Under the pieces are notes generated by a model that was given only the letters and a program-made list of their open reading frames with translations, had not been told where the DNA came from and did not search any database. A stretch of DNA of 64,000 bases, from NCBI GenBank assembly GCA_041601615.1, contig JBFIHX010000004.1, positions 171,754-235,753 of the forward strand. The letters are read 5' to 3'. A program made the translations under genes and the position numbers. Position 1 is the stretch's first letter. Each line of letters starts with the position of its first letter. The DNA is from Thermoplasmatota archaeon. Lineage in GTDB: Archaea > Thermoplasmatota > E2 > JACPAO01 > JAHFTW01. Of this stretch, positions 1 through 10,584 are shown piece after piece.

Positions 1-663
1 GGTGCCAAGGTGGCTGCCGTACTCGATGCCTACCATGAGTTTGCGGCGGAGTTTTCGCGCGGCGGTGAAATTCTTGACTTTGGTTCCTTCGACTAGGCGG
101 TTGGGGATGGTGACTTTCTCGTTGTCGAAGGTCAGAATCGTGGTGGCGCCGAGGGCCACGTCTTCCACGGTGCCTTCCACGCCGTCGATGTCCACCCAGT
201 CCCCGATGTCAAAGGGATGGTTGTAGAAAATCAGGAAGCCTGCAATCACGTCGCCGATGGTGTCGGCTGCGGCAAGGCCCACAACAATGCCCGCAAATCC
301 AGCCCCCGCCAGGAGCGTCGAGAACGCCGTTTGCAAGCCCCATACGGCCAACAAGGCAATGGAGGTGACCACGAGCATTACAAGCCGAATGGACAGACGC
401 ATCGGTTTCGTGCGGCCGACCATCACCTTACGCTGGTAATCGTCCAGGCGGCGCATGCGGGCGATACGGTCGGCGCTGCGCGTTAGGGCGCGATCGGCGG
501 CCTTGACGACGAGCCATGTCAGGACCAAGACGAGACCGGTTCCGATGAGGCGGGCTAGAAACGAGTTCTCGGCGATCCAACATTCAATCGCCGTCGAACA
601 GGCGTTCGCCACGGCAGAAACGCCAGAATCGGGCGGCGCCGTCGCGTTCAAGTGGCTAACCAC
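1..663 (-). CDS. mscS: MscS family small-conductance mechanosensitive channel (3' end outside window)
   Basis: Manual minus-strand translation from GTG at 663: TM segments followed by AGAGFAGIVVGLAAADTIGDVIAGFLIFYNHPFDIGDWV...TFDNEKVTIPN, the MscS signature. Absent from the ORF track because it is open at the edge. Confidence 0.9.
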   Translation of the reverse strand, partial: MVSHLNATAPPDSGVSAVANACSTAIECWIAENSFLARLIGTGLVLVLTWLVVKAADRALTRSADRIARMRRLDDYQRKVMVGRTKPMRLSIRLVMLVVTSIALLAVWGLQTAFSTLLAGAGFAGIVVGLAAADTIGDVIAGFLIFYNHPFDIGDWVDIDGVEGTVEDVALGATTILTFDNEKVTIPNRLVEGTKVKNFTAARKLRRKLMVGIEYGSHLGT

Positions 664-860
664 AAGACACGCACGCCTTGGCCTGCTCTTATCGCTGACG
701 CACAGAGTTTCGAAGCGCGAATTTCTGTCGGCAATGGCCGAAAATTGCATCGGTGGGCCACCTGCACGGGCCAAAGGGGATAAAGGTGGGAATTCTATGG
801 AACGAACAACGCCCCCCGAGCGCCCGCGCCCGGGGTGAACCTGTTCACGGAGACGATGTC

Positions 861-1991
861 ATGTCAGGATTGGAAGGAGTCACCGCAGCCGAAAGCAGCA
901 TCTGTTTCATCGACGGCCAGAAGGGCATCCTGTCCTACCGAGGCTACGACATCAACGAATTGGCACCCAACGCCACGTTCGAAGAGGTCGTGTACCTTCT
1001 GTGGGAAGGGCGCCTGCCCACCGTCGATGAGTTGGATGCCCTCAAAGCCCAGCTTGCTAGCAAACGCAGTCTGCCCCCCGCCGCCGTCGCGGTCCTAAAG
1101 CAGGTCGCAGACAAAATGGGGCCCATGGATGCCCTGCGCACCACCGTGAGTGCGCTAAGCGCCGGCACCGACGACGCGGACGCATTCGACGTGCCCACGG
1201 ACCGCCGCAAGGCCGTCTCCACCACCGCGCAGCTTGCAACCATCGTCGCGCACTACCACCGCCTGCGCCGTGGCCTCCCCGTTGTGGAGCCGGATGCAAG
1301 CCTTGGACACGCCGCGAACTTCTTGTGGATGCTCAACGGCAAGAAACCCACGCCCGCCGCCGAGCGCGCCATGGATGTGGCATTGATTCTGCACGCAGAC
1401 CACGACCTGAACGCCTCCACGTTCTCGGCCCGTGTCACGGCTGCCACCCTTTCCGACTTCCACAGCGCCATGACCAGCGCCATTGGAACGCTCAAGGGCC
1501 CGCTGCACGGCGGCGCCAACATTGGCGTCATGAAGATGCTGCTGGATATTGACGAAAGCGGCGAAGACGTCACCGCGCACATCAAGGGAATGCTGTCGCG
1601 CAAGGAACGCGTCATGGGCTTTGGCCACCGCGTCTACAAGACCCTTGATCCTCGCGCCGTCCACCTCGAACGCCTCTCCAAGGACCTCGCCGAGCAAGCG
1701 GGCGACATGAAGTGGTACGACATGAGCCTCGCCATCCAGCAGACCGTCAAGGCCGAAAAGGGCCTCGACGCCAACGTGGATTTCTTCTCGGCGTCCTCGT
1801 ACTACACCATGGGCATCCCACTGGATTTGTACACGCCCATCTTCGCCATCGCGCGCGTCGCGGGCTGGGCGGCACACGTCTTGGAACAGCACGAGAACAA
1901 CCGCCTCATCCGGCCCCTGTCGGACTACACCGGCAAAATGGGCCTCAAGTGGGTGCCCGTCGAAGCCCGCGCCCCCACTGTCGGAGTCTAG
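861..1991 (+). CDS. gltA: Citrate synthase
   Basis: MSGLEGV start, LHADHDLNASTF, GPLHGGAN, GFGHRVYK and NVDFFS motifs; ATG at 861. Confidence 0.95.
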   Translation: MSGLEGVTAAESSICFIDGQKGILSYRGYDINELAPNATFEEVVYLLWEGRLPTVDELDALKAQLASKRSLPPAAVAVLKQVADKMGPMDALRTTVSALSAGTDDADAFDVPTDRRKAVSTTAQLATIVAHYHRLRRGLPVVEPDASLGHAANFLWMLNGKKPTPAAERAMDVALILHADHDLNASTFSARVTAATLSDFHSAMTSAIGTLKGPLHGGANIGVMKMLLDIDESGEDVTAHIKGMLSRKERVMGFGHRVYKTLDPRAVHLERLSKDLAEQAGDMKWYDMSLAIQQTVKAEKGLDANVDFFSASSYYTMGIPLDLYTPIFAIARVAGWAAHVLEQHENNRLIRPLSDYTGKMGLKWVPVEARAPTVGV

Positions 1992-1993
1992 GA

Positions 1994-2317
1994 ATGTCTG
2001 CGGACGTGCAAGCGGCGGTGTATGCCCTCATCGGCAAACAGCGCAACTGGTCCACTTCTCGCGGCAAACCCTTCGAAATCTGGCTGGCTCCCGAGGGCGG
2101 CGTGAGGACGCTCCCTGGCACGGGCAACCAAAAACAGTACGGCGGCTCCCGCGAACACGTCACCAAGGTCCTCGGCTACTTCGAGAGCGCCCGATTGGTC
2201 GGCGCGCAGCTTCGCGTCGGTCACGGTCGAAAAAGCGGCCTCGCAAGCTACCTGTTTCCGTTGTACCTGGAAGCGTGCCGTCGCCACGATTGGCCGGTGC
2301 GAGTCCATGGTGCCTAG
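1994..2317 (+). CDS. Hypothetical protein (107 aa)
   Basis: ATG 2 nt after the citrate synthase stop; fills the gap and overlaps the next gene's start. Confidence 0.6.
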   Translation: MSADVQAAVYALIGKQRNWSTSRGKPFEIWLAPEGGVRTLPGTGNQKQYGGSREHVTKVLGYFESARLVGAQLRVGHGRKSGLASYLFPLYLEACRRHDWPVRVHGA

Positions 2318-3293
2318 GACTCGGGCACACGTTGGCCTCTGCGCGCTCCTCCTTCTACCGGCCCTCTCCGGCTGCATCGCCTGGCCCAACGAGGAGTCCC
2401 AAGCCACCGCATTTGATGCACTCGCCGAGGCCCCCACCTGGCAGATTGGTCAATGGTGGGACATCGACTTGCACCACGAGCGCACCGGCAACGACGTGTC
2501 GCTGCGCCGAGTGGTGGCCGGGCACGACGGCGACCACTGGTTCGTCGGCATGCCCGTGGACGCATTCGTAGAATACGCACTCATCATGCACGTTCCTGCC
2601 CTCGGCGACCTCTGGGGTCCCGGCCTAGGATTCGATGCGCACGACCGCCCCATCGAATGGCTGCGATTCCCGCTGCACAACGAAACCACCTGGACCACCT
2701 CCTTCTACTGGGCACCCAACGAACGAGTCACAGCCACCGTCGAACGCACCGGCACCCACACCGCCACGGTCCACATGGACGGCACCCGCCCCATCATCAT
2801 GGACTACGACGCCCGCGTCGGCGCGGCGGTGCATGTGCGCATCGAAGGCTACGTCGAGTGGTGGGTGCGCGACTGGGGCTATGGCCACGAAGGCACCGTG
2901 CGTGTCCCCGTGGACCAAGACCTCGTCTTCTACCACGGCCGCAGCAGCCAAGACTTCACGGGCAACCCCAATGTCGCGCCAGGCTTGGAACTCCAGGACA
3001 TCCGGCTCGGCGCCCACGACCGCGCAAGTTTCGCACTCTTGCTCTACGATGCTCGCCCAGACGCAGACACCATCGGGCACGCCGACATTCGAGCAAGTGT
3101 GACGGCCCCCGACGGCACCCAATTTACCGCCGAAAAAGGGGCAACCACCACGGGCGACGTGCTGATTCCGTTTGGGCACGGCCCCGTCGAAGGCACCTGG
3201 TACTTGCAAGCAACCGTGGCCGGCGCCGGCAGCGCCTTGCTGGAGGGCATTGCGTACAACATCCTCGACGTGCCCCTCCGGTCGCAGGATTGA
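2307..3293 (+). CDS. Putative secreted lipoprotein
   Basis: Hydrophobic N-terminus ending in a lipobox-like LSGC; beta-rich body. Confidence 0.75.
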   Translation: MVPRTRAHVGLCALLLLPALSGCIAWPNEESQATAFDALAEAPTWQIGQWWDIDLHHERTGNDVSLRRVVAGHDGDHWFVGMPVDAFVEYALIMHVPALGDLWGPGLGFDAHDRPIEWLRFPLHNETTWTTSFYWAPNERVTATVERTGTHTATVHMDGTRPIIMDYDARVGAAVHVRIEGYVEWWVRDWGYGHEGTVRVPVDQDLVFYHGRSSQDFTGNPNVAPGLELQDIRLGAHDRASFALLLYDARPDADTIGHADIRASVTAPDGTQFTAEKGATTTGDVLIPFGHGPVEGTWYLQATVAGAGSALLEGIAYNILDVPLRSQD

Positions 3294-3319
3294 AGGCACG
3301 GGCTCCGGTCGTCGACCCG

Positions 3320-4339
3320 ATGAAGGCCGCTTACTTTGCCGAGCACGGGGGACTCGACACGCTCCAAATCGGAACATTGCCCGACCCCGAACTTGGCCCC
3401 GACGATGTGCGCGTACAAGTGAAGGCCGCCGCCCTCAACCATCTTGATTTGTTCGTACGCGAAGGTTGGCCCGGCCTCAAACTGCCCCTCCCCCACGTGG
3501 GCGGCACGGACCTTGCAGGAATCGTCTCCGAGGTCGGCGCCAACGTGCAAGGAGTCGCCGTCGGAGACGGGGTGCTTGTCAACCCGGGCCTGAACTTCGA
3601 GGCCGACGAGGACGGTCGACTCATCGTGCCGCCCCACCCAGACATCATCGGCGAAACGCGCTGGGGCGGACTCGCCACGCACTGCGTCGTCCCGGCAAGC
3701 CATGTCCTTGCCAAACCGGCCTCGTGGACATGGGAAGAAGCCGCCGCCGTGCCGCTCACAAGCCTGACCGCCATGCAAATGCTCAGAAAAGCCGGAGCCC
3801 GCAAAGGCCACAACGTTCTCGTGGTGGGCGGCGGCGGAGGCGTTGCCGTGATGGCGATCCAGCTTGCCAAGGCCCTCGGATGCACCGTCTACGCCACGAC
3901 CGGCGGACCCGAGAAGGTCCAGAAAGTCCAGGAACTCGGCGCCGACCACGTCATCGACTACAAAGCCGACCAAGATTGGTGGAAAACGGTCTACGGCCTC
4001 AGTGGCAAACAAGGCATGGACATCGTCGTGGACAGCGTCGGAGCCGCAACTTGGGAACTGAGCTTGCGAACACTGCGCAACGGTGGCCGACTCGTCACCT
4101 GCGGCGCCACCACCGGACCCATGGGCAAAACCAACATCCAACTCGTCTTCTGGAAGCAACTAAGCATCCTAGGCAGCACCATGGGCACGCCCCAGGACCT
4201 ACAAGACGCGCTGGCGCTCCTCGAATCGGGCCAAATTCGCCCCGTCATTGACAGCATCTGGAGCCTCGACGACACCGCCGAAGCACAGGCACGAATGGAT
4301 GCAGGGCACCACTTTGGCAAAATCATCATCATGCCATGA
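3320..4339 (+). CDS. MDR-family (zinc-binding dehydrogenase / NADPH:quinone reductase-like) oxidoreductase
   Basis: MKAAYF start, AALNHLD, GGGGGV nucleotide-binding loop, HFGKII C-terminus. Confidence 0.92.
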   Translation: MKAAYFAEHGGLDTLQIGTLPDPELGPDDVRVQVKAAALNHLDLFVREGWPGLKLPLPHVGGTDLAGIVSEVGANVQGVAVGDGVLVNPGLNFEADEDGRLIVPPHPDIIGETRWGGLATHCVVPASHVLAKPASWTWEEAAAVPLTSLTAMQMLRKAGARKGHNVLVVGGGGGVAVMAIQLAKALGCTVYATTGGPEKVQKVQELGADHVIDYKADQDWWKTVYGLSGKQGMDIVVDSVGAATWELSLRTLRNGGRLVTCGATTGPMGKTNIQLVFWKQLSILGSTMGTPQDLQDALALLESGQIRPVIDSIWSLDDTAEAQARMDAGHHFGKIIIMP

Positions 4340-4375
4340 AGCGCATAGCGCCCCCAACAACCGCGACGAGCCCCT

Positions 4376-4822
4376 TCAGCGCTTCTTGCGGCGACGCAGA
4401 TCCCAAATGGGCTGCCCCGTCCGATACAACGGCCGATGGTGCCCGCGCTTTTCGACGAGACCCACTTCCGTGAGGGCGCCCAAGTGCCGGCTTAGTACAC
4501 GCCGACTCAAGTGCGTCTCCGCCACAAGATCACAAAGACTGGTGTCCCCCGCCGTCTCCAAGTGGGCCAGCAAACTGCGGGTCTCCGGATCTCGAAGGGT
4601 TGCCAAACACTCCCGAACTCGCTCGGGAACATCCACGGAGAACAACGCCACGCGCCCCCGGTGCCGACTGATGGCCACATGGCCCTCCCGTTCTAACCGG
4701 TACAGATGGTGCGTCGTCGTGCCCCAGCCGACATCCAGCCCTTGACAAACCTCAATCTTGGCGGCACCCGGGTTCTCTCGAACAAATGCAATGATTCGGT
4801 CCCGCGTGGAACCATCGTTCAT
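4376..4822 (-). CDS. Tandem winged-helix transcriptional regulator
   Basis: Two wHTH units (RIIAFVRENPG...GWGTTTHHL; RSLLAHL...LSRHLGALTEVGLV); ATGA overlap with the upstream gene. Confidence 0.85.
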   Translation of the reverse strand: MNDGSTRDRIIAFVRENPGAAKIEVCQGLDVGWGTTTHHLYRLEREGHVAISRHRGRVALFSVDVPERVRECLATLRDPETRSLLAHLETAGDTSLCDLVAETHLSRRVLSRHLGALTEVGLVEKRGHHRPLYRTGQPIWDLRRRKKR

Positions 4823-6192
4823 GCATACACCCCGGCCGATGTGTCGTCTGGACTCGGAACCAAGGCACGCAAACGGGGGAATCGGGACAGCTCCACCACC
4901 AGAGACGGGTTTTCTCCAAGTGCATCGCGCAGCGACACTCGGGCCTCATCTTCGCGGTCGAGTTCATTCAGTGCATGGGCACGCAGAAACTCCGCCATTC
5001 CGTCCTTGGGGCGTACGTCATCGGGCAAATCCTCCAGGTAGCGCAGCGCCACGGCCGAGCGACCCAGCGCCAGTAGCGCCACGGTCTTCATGACGGCGAC
5101 AGATTCACTGCGCGTGCGCTTCATGGCACCGTCCGCTTGGCGCACCACGCGCCTGTATGCATGGGCGTCCATTCCCTGCAACAAAGTCGGGATGGAGACC
5201 TGTCGGCGCGACCGCAACCACAAGACGAGCCCGGCGGCGACAAGCACCAGCAACGGGAGTCCCAGCGCGTAGCTTGTCTTGGCCGAGGGAAGGGAAATGA
5301 TGGTCGCTGCCGGCTCGGGAGACATGTCTTGGAGCCGCAATTGGTCGTGGTCCACGTCGGCAAGCAACGAGAACCCGGCCAAATCTAGATTCGAACCGTC
5401 CAGAAGCAAATTCTTGTAGACGCCACGCGCATCATACAGGACGGCCTCGGTCCCAGAAATGAGCGTGGGCCCCGCCATGAATGCGCGAACGGCGGCAGTG
5501 CTGGGCACTTGGACCGTGAGTGAGCCATTGGTGACAAACAAGGTATGGTACACCTCGCGTTTTCCGGTGTGGACCAAGCCGCCGGGCTGGACCTCATCGA
5601 CGAAGGTGCCACCCTCGTAGGAAACAGCTCCTTGCGCATCCTCGCCCGCTAGGTTTGCCGCCCAAAGCCGGACGGTGAAGTCACCTTGAAACTGCAAGAC
5701 GCCCTCTTCGGCATCAAATTGCATGAGACCAAGTACTGGGTAGCTCCAGCCTTCGTACGCTCCGGGCGGTGTGACGCGGGCAGATTCGATGGCATGGGAT
5801 GCAGGAGCGACGACCACATCACTGAGGTCAATGTTTGCTGCAAGAACACGAGGGTGCCCCGTCAGAAACAGCATTGAGGTGTCCTCGAACATCCATCCGT
5901 CCAATTGCACGTTCCTGTGCTGGTCATAGGTGGTGCTGTCCGTGTGGTTGGATCGACTCTGCCCCAGAACGCCCGGCCCGTAGGACTGGGTGAGGGTTTC
6001 TGTCCTGAGCTCTTGGGCTTGCAGTTGGAAACGAGTTTGATTGGCACCCCAGACCTGCATGGCGTTGGCGGGTCCTTCCCCATGCAGCAGTCCTGCTTCT
6101 AGGAACGTGCCCGTGCCGTCCGTGGGCGCGCCAGCCACGAGAGGGGCCAGCAGAAGTGGCAGCAATGCCAGGGCAACAAACGCAGTTCGCAT
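4819..6192 (-). CDS. Secreted, single-pass membrane protein with cytoplasmic TPR-like tail
   Basis: Signal peptide MRTAFVALALL, beta-rich ectodomain, TM (LGLPLLVLVAAGLVLWL) followed by RSRR, TPR-like helices; ends ...GVYA. Confidence 0.8.
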   Translation of the reverse strand: MRTAFVALALLPLLLAPLVAGAPTDGTGTFLEAGLLHGEGPANAMQVWGANQTRFQLQAQELRTETLTQSYGPGVLGQSRSNHTDSTTYDQHRNVQLDGWMFEDTSMLFLTGHPRVLAANIDLSDVVVAPASHAIESARVTPPGAYEGWSYPVLGLMQFDAEEGVLQFQGDFTVRLWAANLAGEDAQGAVSYEGGTFVDEVQPGGLVHTGKREVYHTLFVTNGSLTVQVPSTAAVRAFMAGPTLISGTEAVLYDARGVYKNLLLDGSNLDLAGFSLLADVDHDQLRLQDMSPEPAATIISLPSAKTSYALGLPLLVLVAAGLVLWLRSRRQVSIPTLLQGMDAHAYRRVVRQADGAMKRTRSESVAVMKTVALLALGRSAVALRYLEDLPDDVRPKDGMAEFLRAHALNELDREDEARVSLRDALGENPSLVVELSRFPRLRALVPSPDDTSAGVYA

Positions 6193-6197
6193 GGAGT

Positions 6198-6656
6198 TCA
6201 CGGAGGAAGGGCTTGACTTGCAACTTCGCGCACCGTTCGTTGTAAGGTCTTGGGCACCACGGGGATGATTGGGATGCACTCGGCCCGCACGGTTTGGTAC
6301 GGAGGGGATGAGGAGTCTACCAGCATTTGACAACCCCCATGATAGAGGTTGCTGATGGAAACATAACCATCTGCTTCGGCATAGATCCAATAGGTCGCCG
6401 TGAGGTTGACCTCTGCTTCCACATAGGTTTCCTGGGACACGTTCAGAGAAATCGCTTCCCGGCCATCCTTGTTTTCTCGGATGAGCTTGAGAACGTCTGG
6501 TATGCCTCCCGTGATGGTCCACTGCAAGACAAGCTCCGTATCGCTTTCACCCCAGAGCACAATCACGAGTGGCTGCGGCCCTCCCTCGGCCGCTACACTT
6601 GGGGCTGTAGTCATGGACAAGACGAGCAGGAGGCAGGCGCTGGACGAGAGGCGCAT
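6198..6656 (-). CDS. Small secreted protein, possibly FN3-like
   Basis: Signal peptide; LVLQWT...TYWIYA pattern resembles FN3 strands; two Cys in the mature C-terminal part. Confidence 0.65.
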   Translation of the reverse strand: MRLSSSACLLLVLSMTTAPSVAAEGGPQPLVIVLWGESDTELVLQWTITGGIPDVLKLIRENKDGREAISLNVSQETYVEAEVNLTATYWIYAEADGYVSISNLYHGGCQMLVDSSSPPYQTVRAECIPIIPVVPKTLQRTVREVASQALPP

Positions 6657-6932
6657 GGCGGACACCTACTTACGAAACTGTCGAGGCTTGTATCAACTGG
6701 TTGGATACGGTTGGTTCACTGCGTCTGGTTTTTATACGAACGCAGGCGCACCGGCAGTGGCGGATCCCTGGAATGCCCAACCCTTCTGATGAGACGCGCC
6801 GTTTCGTCGGCGACAGAGCCTTCCGGTGGGTGACGCAGGCCAAACGAGCGCCGCCGGCATGCTCCCTGGAGGCCACCCGCCGCGCCGAGGCGTTTTAGTC
6901 CGGTCGAAAACCATTGCCCCGTCCCGTCAAGG

Positions 6933-6939
6933 TTTATAT
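6933..6939 (+). promoter_or_regulatory. Putative TATA box of suf operon
   Basis: TTTATAT in a GC-rich intergenic region about 90 nt upstream of sufB. Confidence 0.45.
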
Positions 6940-7025
6940 CCAGGGGGTTTCGGCGGATTCAGGAGCCCCCAAGGAGACCGCCCCGGCCACAAGGCTTGAG
7001 CCATCCTGAGGGGAAAATCGTCACG

Positions 7026-8522
7026 ATGAGCACGGACGCGGTCAAGCAACTTGCCGAACGGGAGTACCGCTACGGCTTCACCTCCGACATCGAGGAGGAC
7101 CGCGTGCCGCCAGGCTTGGACGAGGACGTGGTACGCCTCATCAGCCACAAGAAGGGCGAGCCGGAATGGCTGCTGGCATGGCGCCTGGATGCCTACCGAG
7201 CCTGGCGCAAAATGACGCCTCCCACTTGGGCCCGCGTCACCTACCCCGCCATCGACTTCGAGGCCATCACCTACTACTCGGCGCCCAAGTCCGCAGGCAG
7301 CGGCCCCAAGAGCCTCGCGGAAGTGGACCCGGAACTGCTGGAAATGTACGCCAAGCTCGGCATCAGCCTCACCGAGCAAAAGCGCCTGCAAGGCATCGAG
7401 CTTACCGACGAAGAAGCAGGGCGCCCGCCTGCCCCCGGCATGCCCCGTGTTGCCGTGGACGCCGTCATCGACTCCGTGTCCGTCGCCACCACGTTCAAGG
7501 ACGAACTGGAAAAGCAAGGAATCATCTTCTGTTCCTTCGCCGAAGCCGTGCGCGAACACCCCGACCTGGTGCGCAAGTACCTCGGCACGGTCGTTCCCAC
7601 CACGGACAACTTCTACGCCGCCCTCAACTCGGCAGTCTTCTCGGACGGCAGCTTCTGCTACATCCCCAAGGGTGTGCGCTGCCCCATGGAACTGTCCACC
7701 TACTTCCGCATCAACGCCGCCGGCACCGGCCAATTCGAGCGCACCCTGCTGATCGCCGACGAAGGCAGCTACGTCAGCTACCTCGAAGGCTGCACCGCGC
7801 CCCAACGCGACGAAAACCAACTCCACGCCGCCGTCGTGGAACTCGTGGCCCACGAGAAGGCCGAAATCAAGTACAGCACCGTGCAAAACTGGTACCCCGG
7901 CGACAAGGACGGCAAGGGAGGCATCTACAACTTCGTCACCAAGCGCGGACTTTGCGAAGGCAACGGCAGCAAAATCAGCTGGACCCAAGTGGAAACCGGC
8001 TCCGCGATTACCTGGAAGTACCCGTCCTGCATCCTCAAAGGCGACGATTCGGTGGGCGAATTCTACAGCGTGGCACTCACCACGAACATGCAGCAAGCCG
8101 ACACCGGGACCAAGATGATCCACATCGGCAAGCGCACCAGCAGCACGATCATCAGCAAAGGCATCAGTGCTGGCAAGGGCCAGAACACCTACCGGGGCCA
8201 GGTCAAGATCCTCCCCGGCGCCGACGGGGCCCGCAACTACAGCCAATGCGACTCGCTTCTGATCGGCGACGAATGCGGCGCCCACACCTTCCCGTTCATT
8301 GACGTGCGCAACCCGACCGCGACCATGGAGCACGAAGCCTCCACCACCAAGGTCGGAGAAGACCAGATCTTCTACTGCAAACAACGCGGCCTGAGCGAAC
8401 AAGACGCCGTCAACCTCATCGTCAACGGATTCTGCAAGTCGGTCTTCCGGCAACTGCCCATGGAATTCACCGTGGAGGCGCAGAATCTATTGAACCTCAA
8501 GCTCGAAGGAGCTGTCGGCTAG
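7026..8522 (+). CDS. sufB: Fe-S cluster assembly protein SufB
   Basis: [49 protein letters not shown] motifs. Confidence 0.97.
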   Translation: MSTDAVKQLAEREYRYGFTSDIEEDRVPPGLDEDVVRLISHKKGEPEWLLAWRLDAYRAWRKMTPPTWARVTYPAIDFEAITYYSAPKSAGSGPKSLAEVDPELLEMYAKLGISLTEQKRLQGIELTDEEAGRPPAPGMPRVAVDAVIDSVSVATTFKDELEKQGIIFCSFAEAVREHPDLVRKYLGTVVPTTDNFYAALNSAVFSDGSFCYIPKGVRCPMELSTYFRINAAGTGQFERTLLIADEGSYVSYLEGCTAPQRDENQLHAAVVELVAHEKAEIKYSTVQNWYPGDKDGKGGIYNFVTKRGLCEGNGSKISWTQVETGSAITWKYPSCILKGDDSVGEFYSVALTTNMQQADTGTKMIHIGKRTSSTIISKGISAGKGQNTYRGQVKILPGADGARNYSQCDSLLIGDECGAHTFPFIDVRNPTATMEHEASTTKVGEDQIFYCKQRGLSEQDAVNLIVNGFCKSVFRQLPMEFTVEAQNLLNLKLEGAVG

Positions 8523-8548
8523 ACCCCCCGCCCCCCACAGGATCACCC

Positions 8549-9286
8549 ATGCTCGAAATCAACAACCTGCACGTCGAAGTGGAAGGCAAGGCCATCCTCA
8601 AGGGCCTCACCCTCAGTGTCCCCGCCGGCGAGGTCCACGCCATCATGGGCCCCAACGGTGCCGGCAAGTCCACCCTCGCCAACATCATCGCTGGAAAGGA
8701 CGGCTACACGGTCACCGCCGGCAGCATCACCTACAACGGCAAGGACCTCCTGGAAATGGACCCCGAAGACCGCGCCCGCGAAGGCGTGTTTTTGGCGTTC
8801 CAATACCCCGTGGAAATCCCCGGCGTCAACAACACCTACTTCCTGCGCGAAGCGCTCAACGCCGTGCGCAAGCACCGCGGCGAGCCCGAGATGGACGCCA
8901 TGGACTTCCTGGACATGGTCCAAGAGAAGGCCGACGCCATCGGCCTCAAGGACAAACTCCTGGAACGCTCCGTCAACGCCGGCTTCAGTGGCGGCGAAAA
9001 GAAGCGCAACGAAATCTTTCAGATGGCGGTGCTGGAACCGAAGCTCGCCGTCCTCGACGAGACCGACTCCGGCCTCGACATCGACGCCCTGCGCACCGTC
9101 GCCGACGGTGTGACGCACTTACGACGCCCCGACAATGCCTTCGTGGTCATCACCCACTACCAGCGATTGCTCGACCACATCATCCCCGACCGAGTGCACG
9201 TGCTGCAAGACGGCCGCATCGTCAAATCCGGCGACAAGAGCCTCGCGCTGGAGCTCGAAAAGGACGGATACGCGGATCTTGCATGA
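8549..9286 (+). CDS. sufC: Fe-S cluster assembly ATPase SufC
   Basis: GPNGAGKST Walker A, FSGGEKKRNE, LDETDSGLDIDAL. Confidence 0.97.
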   Translation: MLEINNLHVEVEGKAILKGLTLSVPAGEVHAIMGPNGAGKSTLANIIAGKDGYTVTAGSITYNGKDLLEMDPEDRAREGVFLAFQYPVEIPGVNNTYFLREALNAVRKHRGEPEMDAMDFLDMVQEKADAIGLKDKLLERSVNAGFSGGEKKRNEIFQMAVLEPKLAVLDETDSGLDIDALRTVADGVTHLRRPDNAFVVITHYQRLLDHIIPDRVHVLQDGRIVKSGDKSLALELEKDGYADLA

Positions 9287-10584
9287 GCCAAACGGAGCAA
9301 CTAGAGAGCACGCACTGGCACGACGCCGTGGCGCTTGCGGGCGCTCCCGAATGGCTCCAAGACGTGCGCGCCGAAGCCTTCGAACGCTTTGCGACCCTCG
9401 GCTGGCCCGCCAAAGGCGACACGCGGTTTGCCTACAGCGACCTGCGCCCCATCCACGCCGGAACAACGCTTGCGCCCGTCGCCACGCCCGGAACCGTGAC
9501 CCATTCCGACATTGCGCCCTTCCTTGCCGGCAACGAAGCCGCCCTGATCGTGTTCGTCGACGGCCACTTTTCGGCCGAACTCTCCAGCAACAACACCCTT
9601 CCCCCCGGCGCCACGGCCCAGGCCCTCAGTGCCGCGCCCGCCGCCGTCGAAAGCCTGCGCCCCCACTTGGAGCGACTCGCAGCCCACGATGATCCGCTCT
9701 TGGTCCTCAACGCCGCCACAGCCCAAGACGGCGCCCACGTGCGCGTTGAGGCGGGTACGACCGTTGATGGCCCGATTCATCTGCTGTTCGTGACGACCCG
9801 GCCCGGCCTGCGCATCGTCCAAAACGCCGTAAACGTCGAAGACAACGCCGAGGCGACCGTGCTCGAAAGCCACGTCCATCTTGCGGACAACGACGGCATC
9901 ACCCTCGCCCACACCAGCCTCCGAGCCGGCCCCGCCGCTCGGCTGCACCACGCCAAAGTGCAGAAAGAAGACCGCCGAGCCCGACACATCGCAACCCAGG
10001 AAATCCACCAGGAACGCGACAGCAACCTCCAATCGGTTCTGCTCGAAATCGGCGGCACCCAAGCCAGGCAAGCCATCACCGCAGACCTCGCAGGCCCCGG
10101 CGCCAGCGTCGATTTGCAAGGCGTATTCTTCGGGCAACGCGACCAACGCACCGACGTCTGGACCCGCGTCGACCACCAAGTCCCCGACTGCACCAGCAAC
10201 GAGACCTACAAAGGCATCCTCGACGACTCCTCGCGCGGCGCCTTCACCGGCCTCATCGTCGTGCACGAAGGAGCCCATGGCACCAGCAGCAACCAGCAAA
10301 ACCGCAACCTCCTGCTGTCGCCCAAGGCCCACGCCGACGCAACGCCGCAACTCGAAATTCTCAACGACGACGTGCGCTGCGCCCACGGCAGCACCATCGG
10401 ACAACTCGACCCCAATGCGCTGTTTTTCCTGCGCAGCCGAGGCATCGACGCCGCCCAAGCCCGCCTCATGCTCACAAGGGCGTTCGCCAGCGAAGTCATC
10501 GAAAGCGTCCCTTCCGCCCCCATCCGAAAATTGATGGACCGCTACCTCCACGTATGGTTCATCAAACACCAGGAGCACCTATGA
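9283..10584 (+). CDS. sufD: Fe-S cluster assembly protein SufD
   Basis: PQLEILNDDVRCAHGSTIG and FFLRSRGI motifs; operon position. Confidence 0.95.
   Translation: MSQTEQLESTHWHDAVALAGAPEWLQDVRAEAFERFATLGWPAKGDTRFAYSDLRPIHAGTTLAPVATPGTVTHSDIAPFLAGNEAALIVFVDGHFSAELSSNNTLPPGATAQALSAAPAAVESLRPHLERLAAHDDPLLVLNAATAQDGAHVRVEAGTTVDGPIHLLFVTTRPGLRIVQNAVNVEDNAEATVLESHVHLADNDGITLAHTSLRAGPAARLHHAKVQKEDRRARHIATQEIHQERDSNLQSVLLEIGGTQARQAITADLAGPGASVDLQGVFFGQRDQRTDVWTRVDHQVPDCTSNETYKGILDDSSRGAFTGLIVVHEGAHGTSSNQQNRNLLLSPKAHADATPQLEILNDDVRCAHGSTIGQLDPNALFFLRSRGIDAAQARLMLTRAFASEVIESVPSAPIRKLMDRYLHVWFIKHQEHL

Noticed and set aside
6785-6912. CTGATGAG ... CGAAA resembling a hammerhead ribozyme core
   Set aside because: The short stem after CTGATGA is not followed by GAAA, and I could not build stems I and III.
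4316-7029. Weak match between the dehydrogenase 3' end (GKIIIM) and the sequence before sufB (GKIVTM) as an island boundary
   Set aside because: Only 14/18 nt with no extension; compatible with chance.
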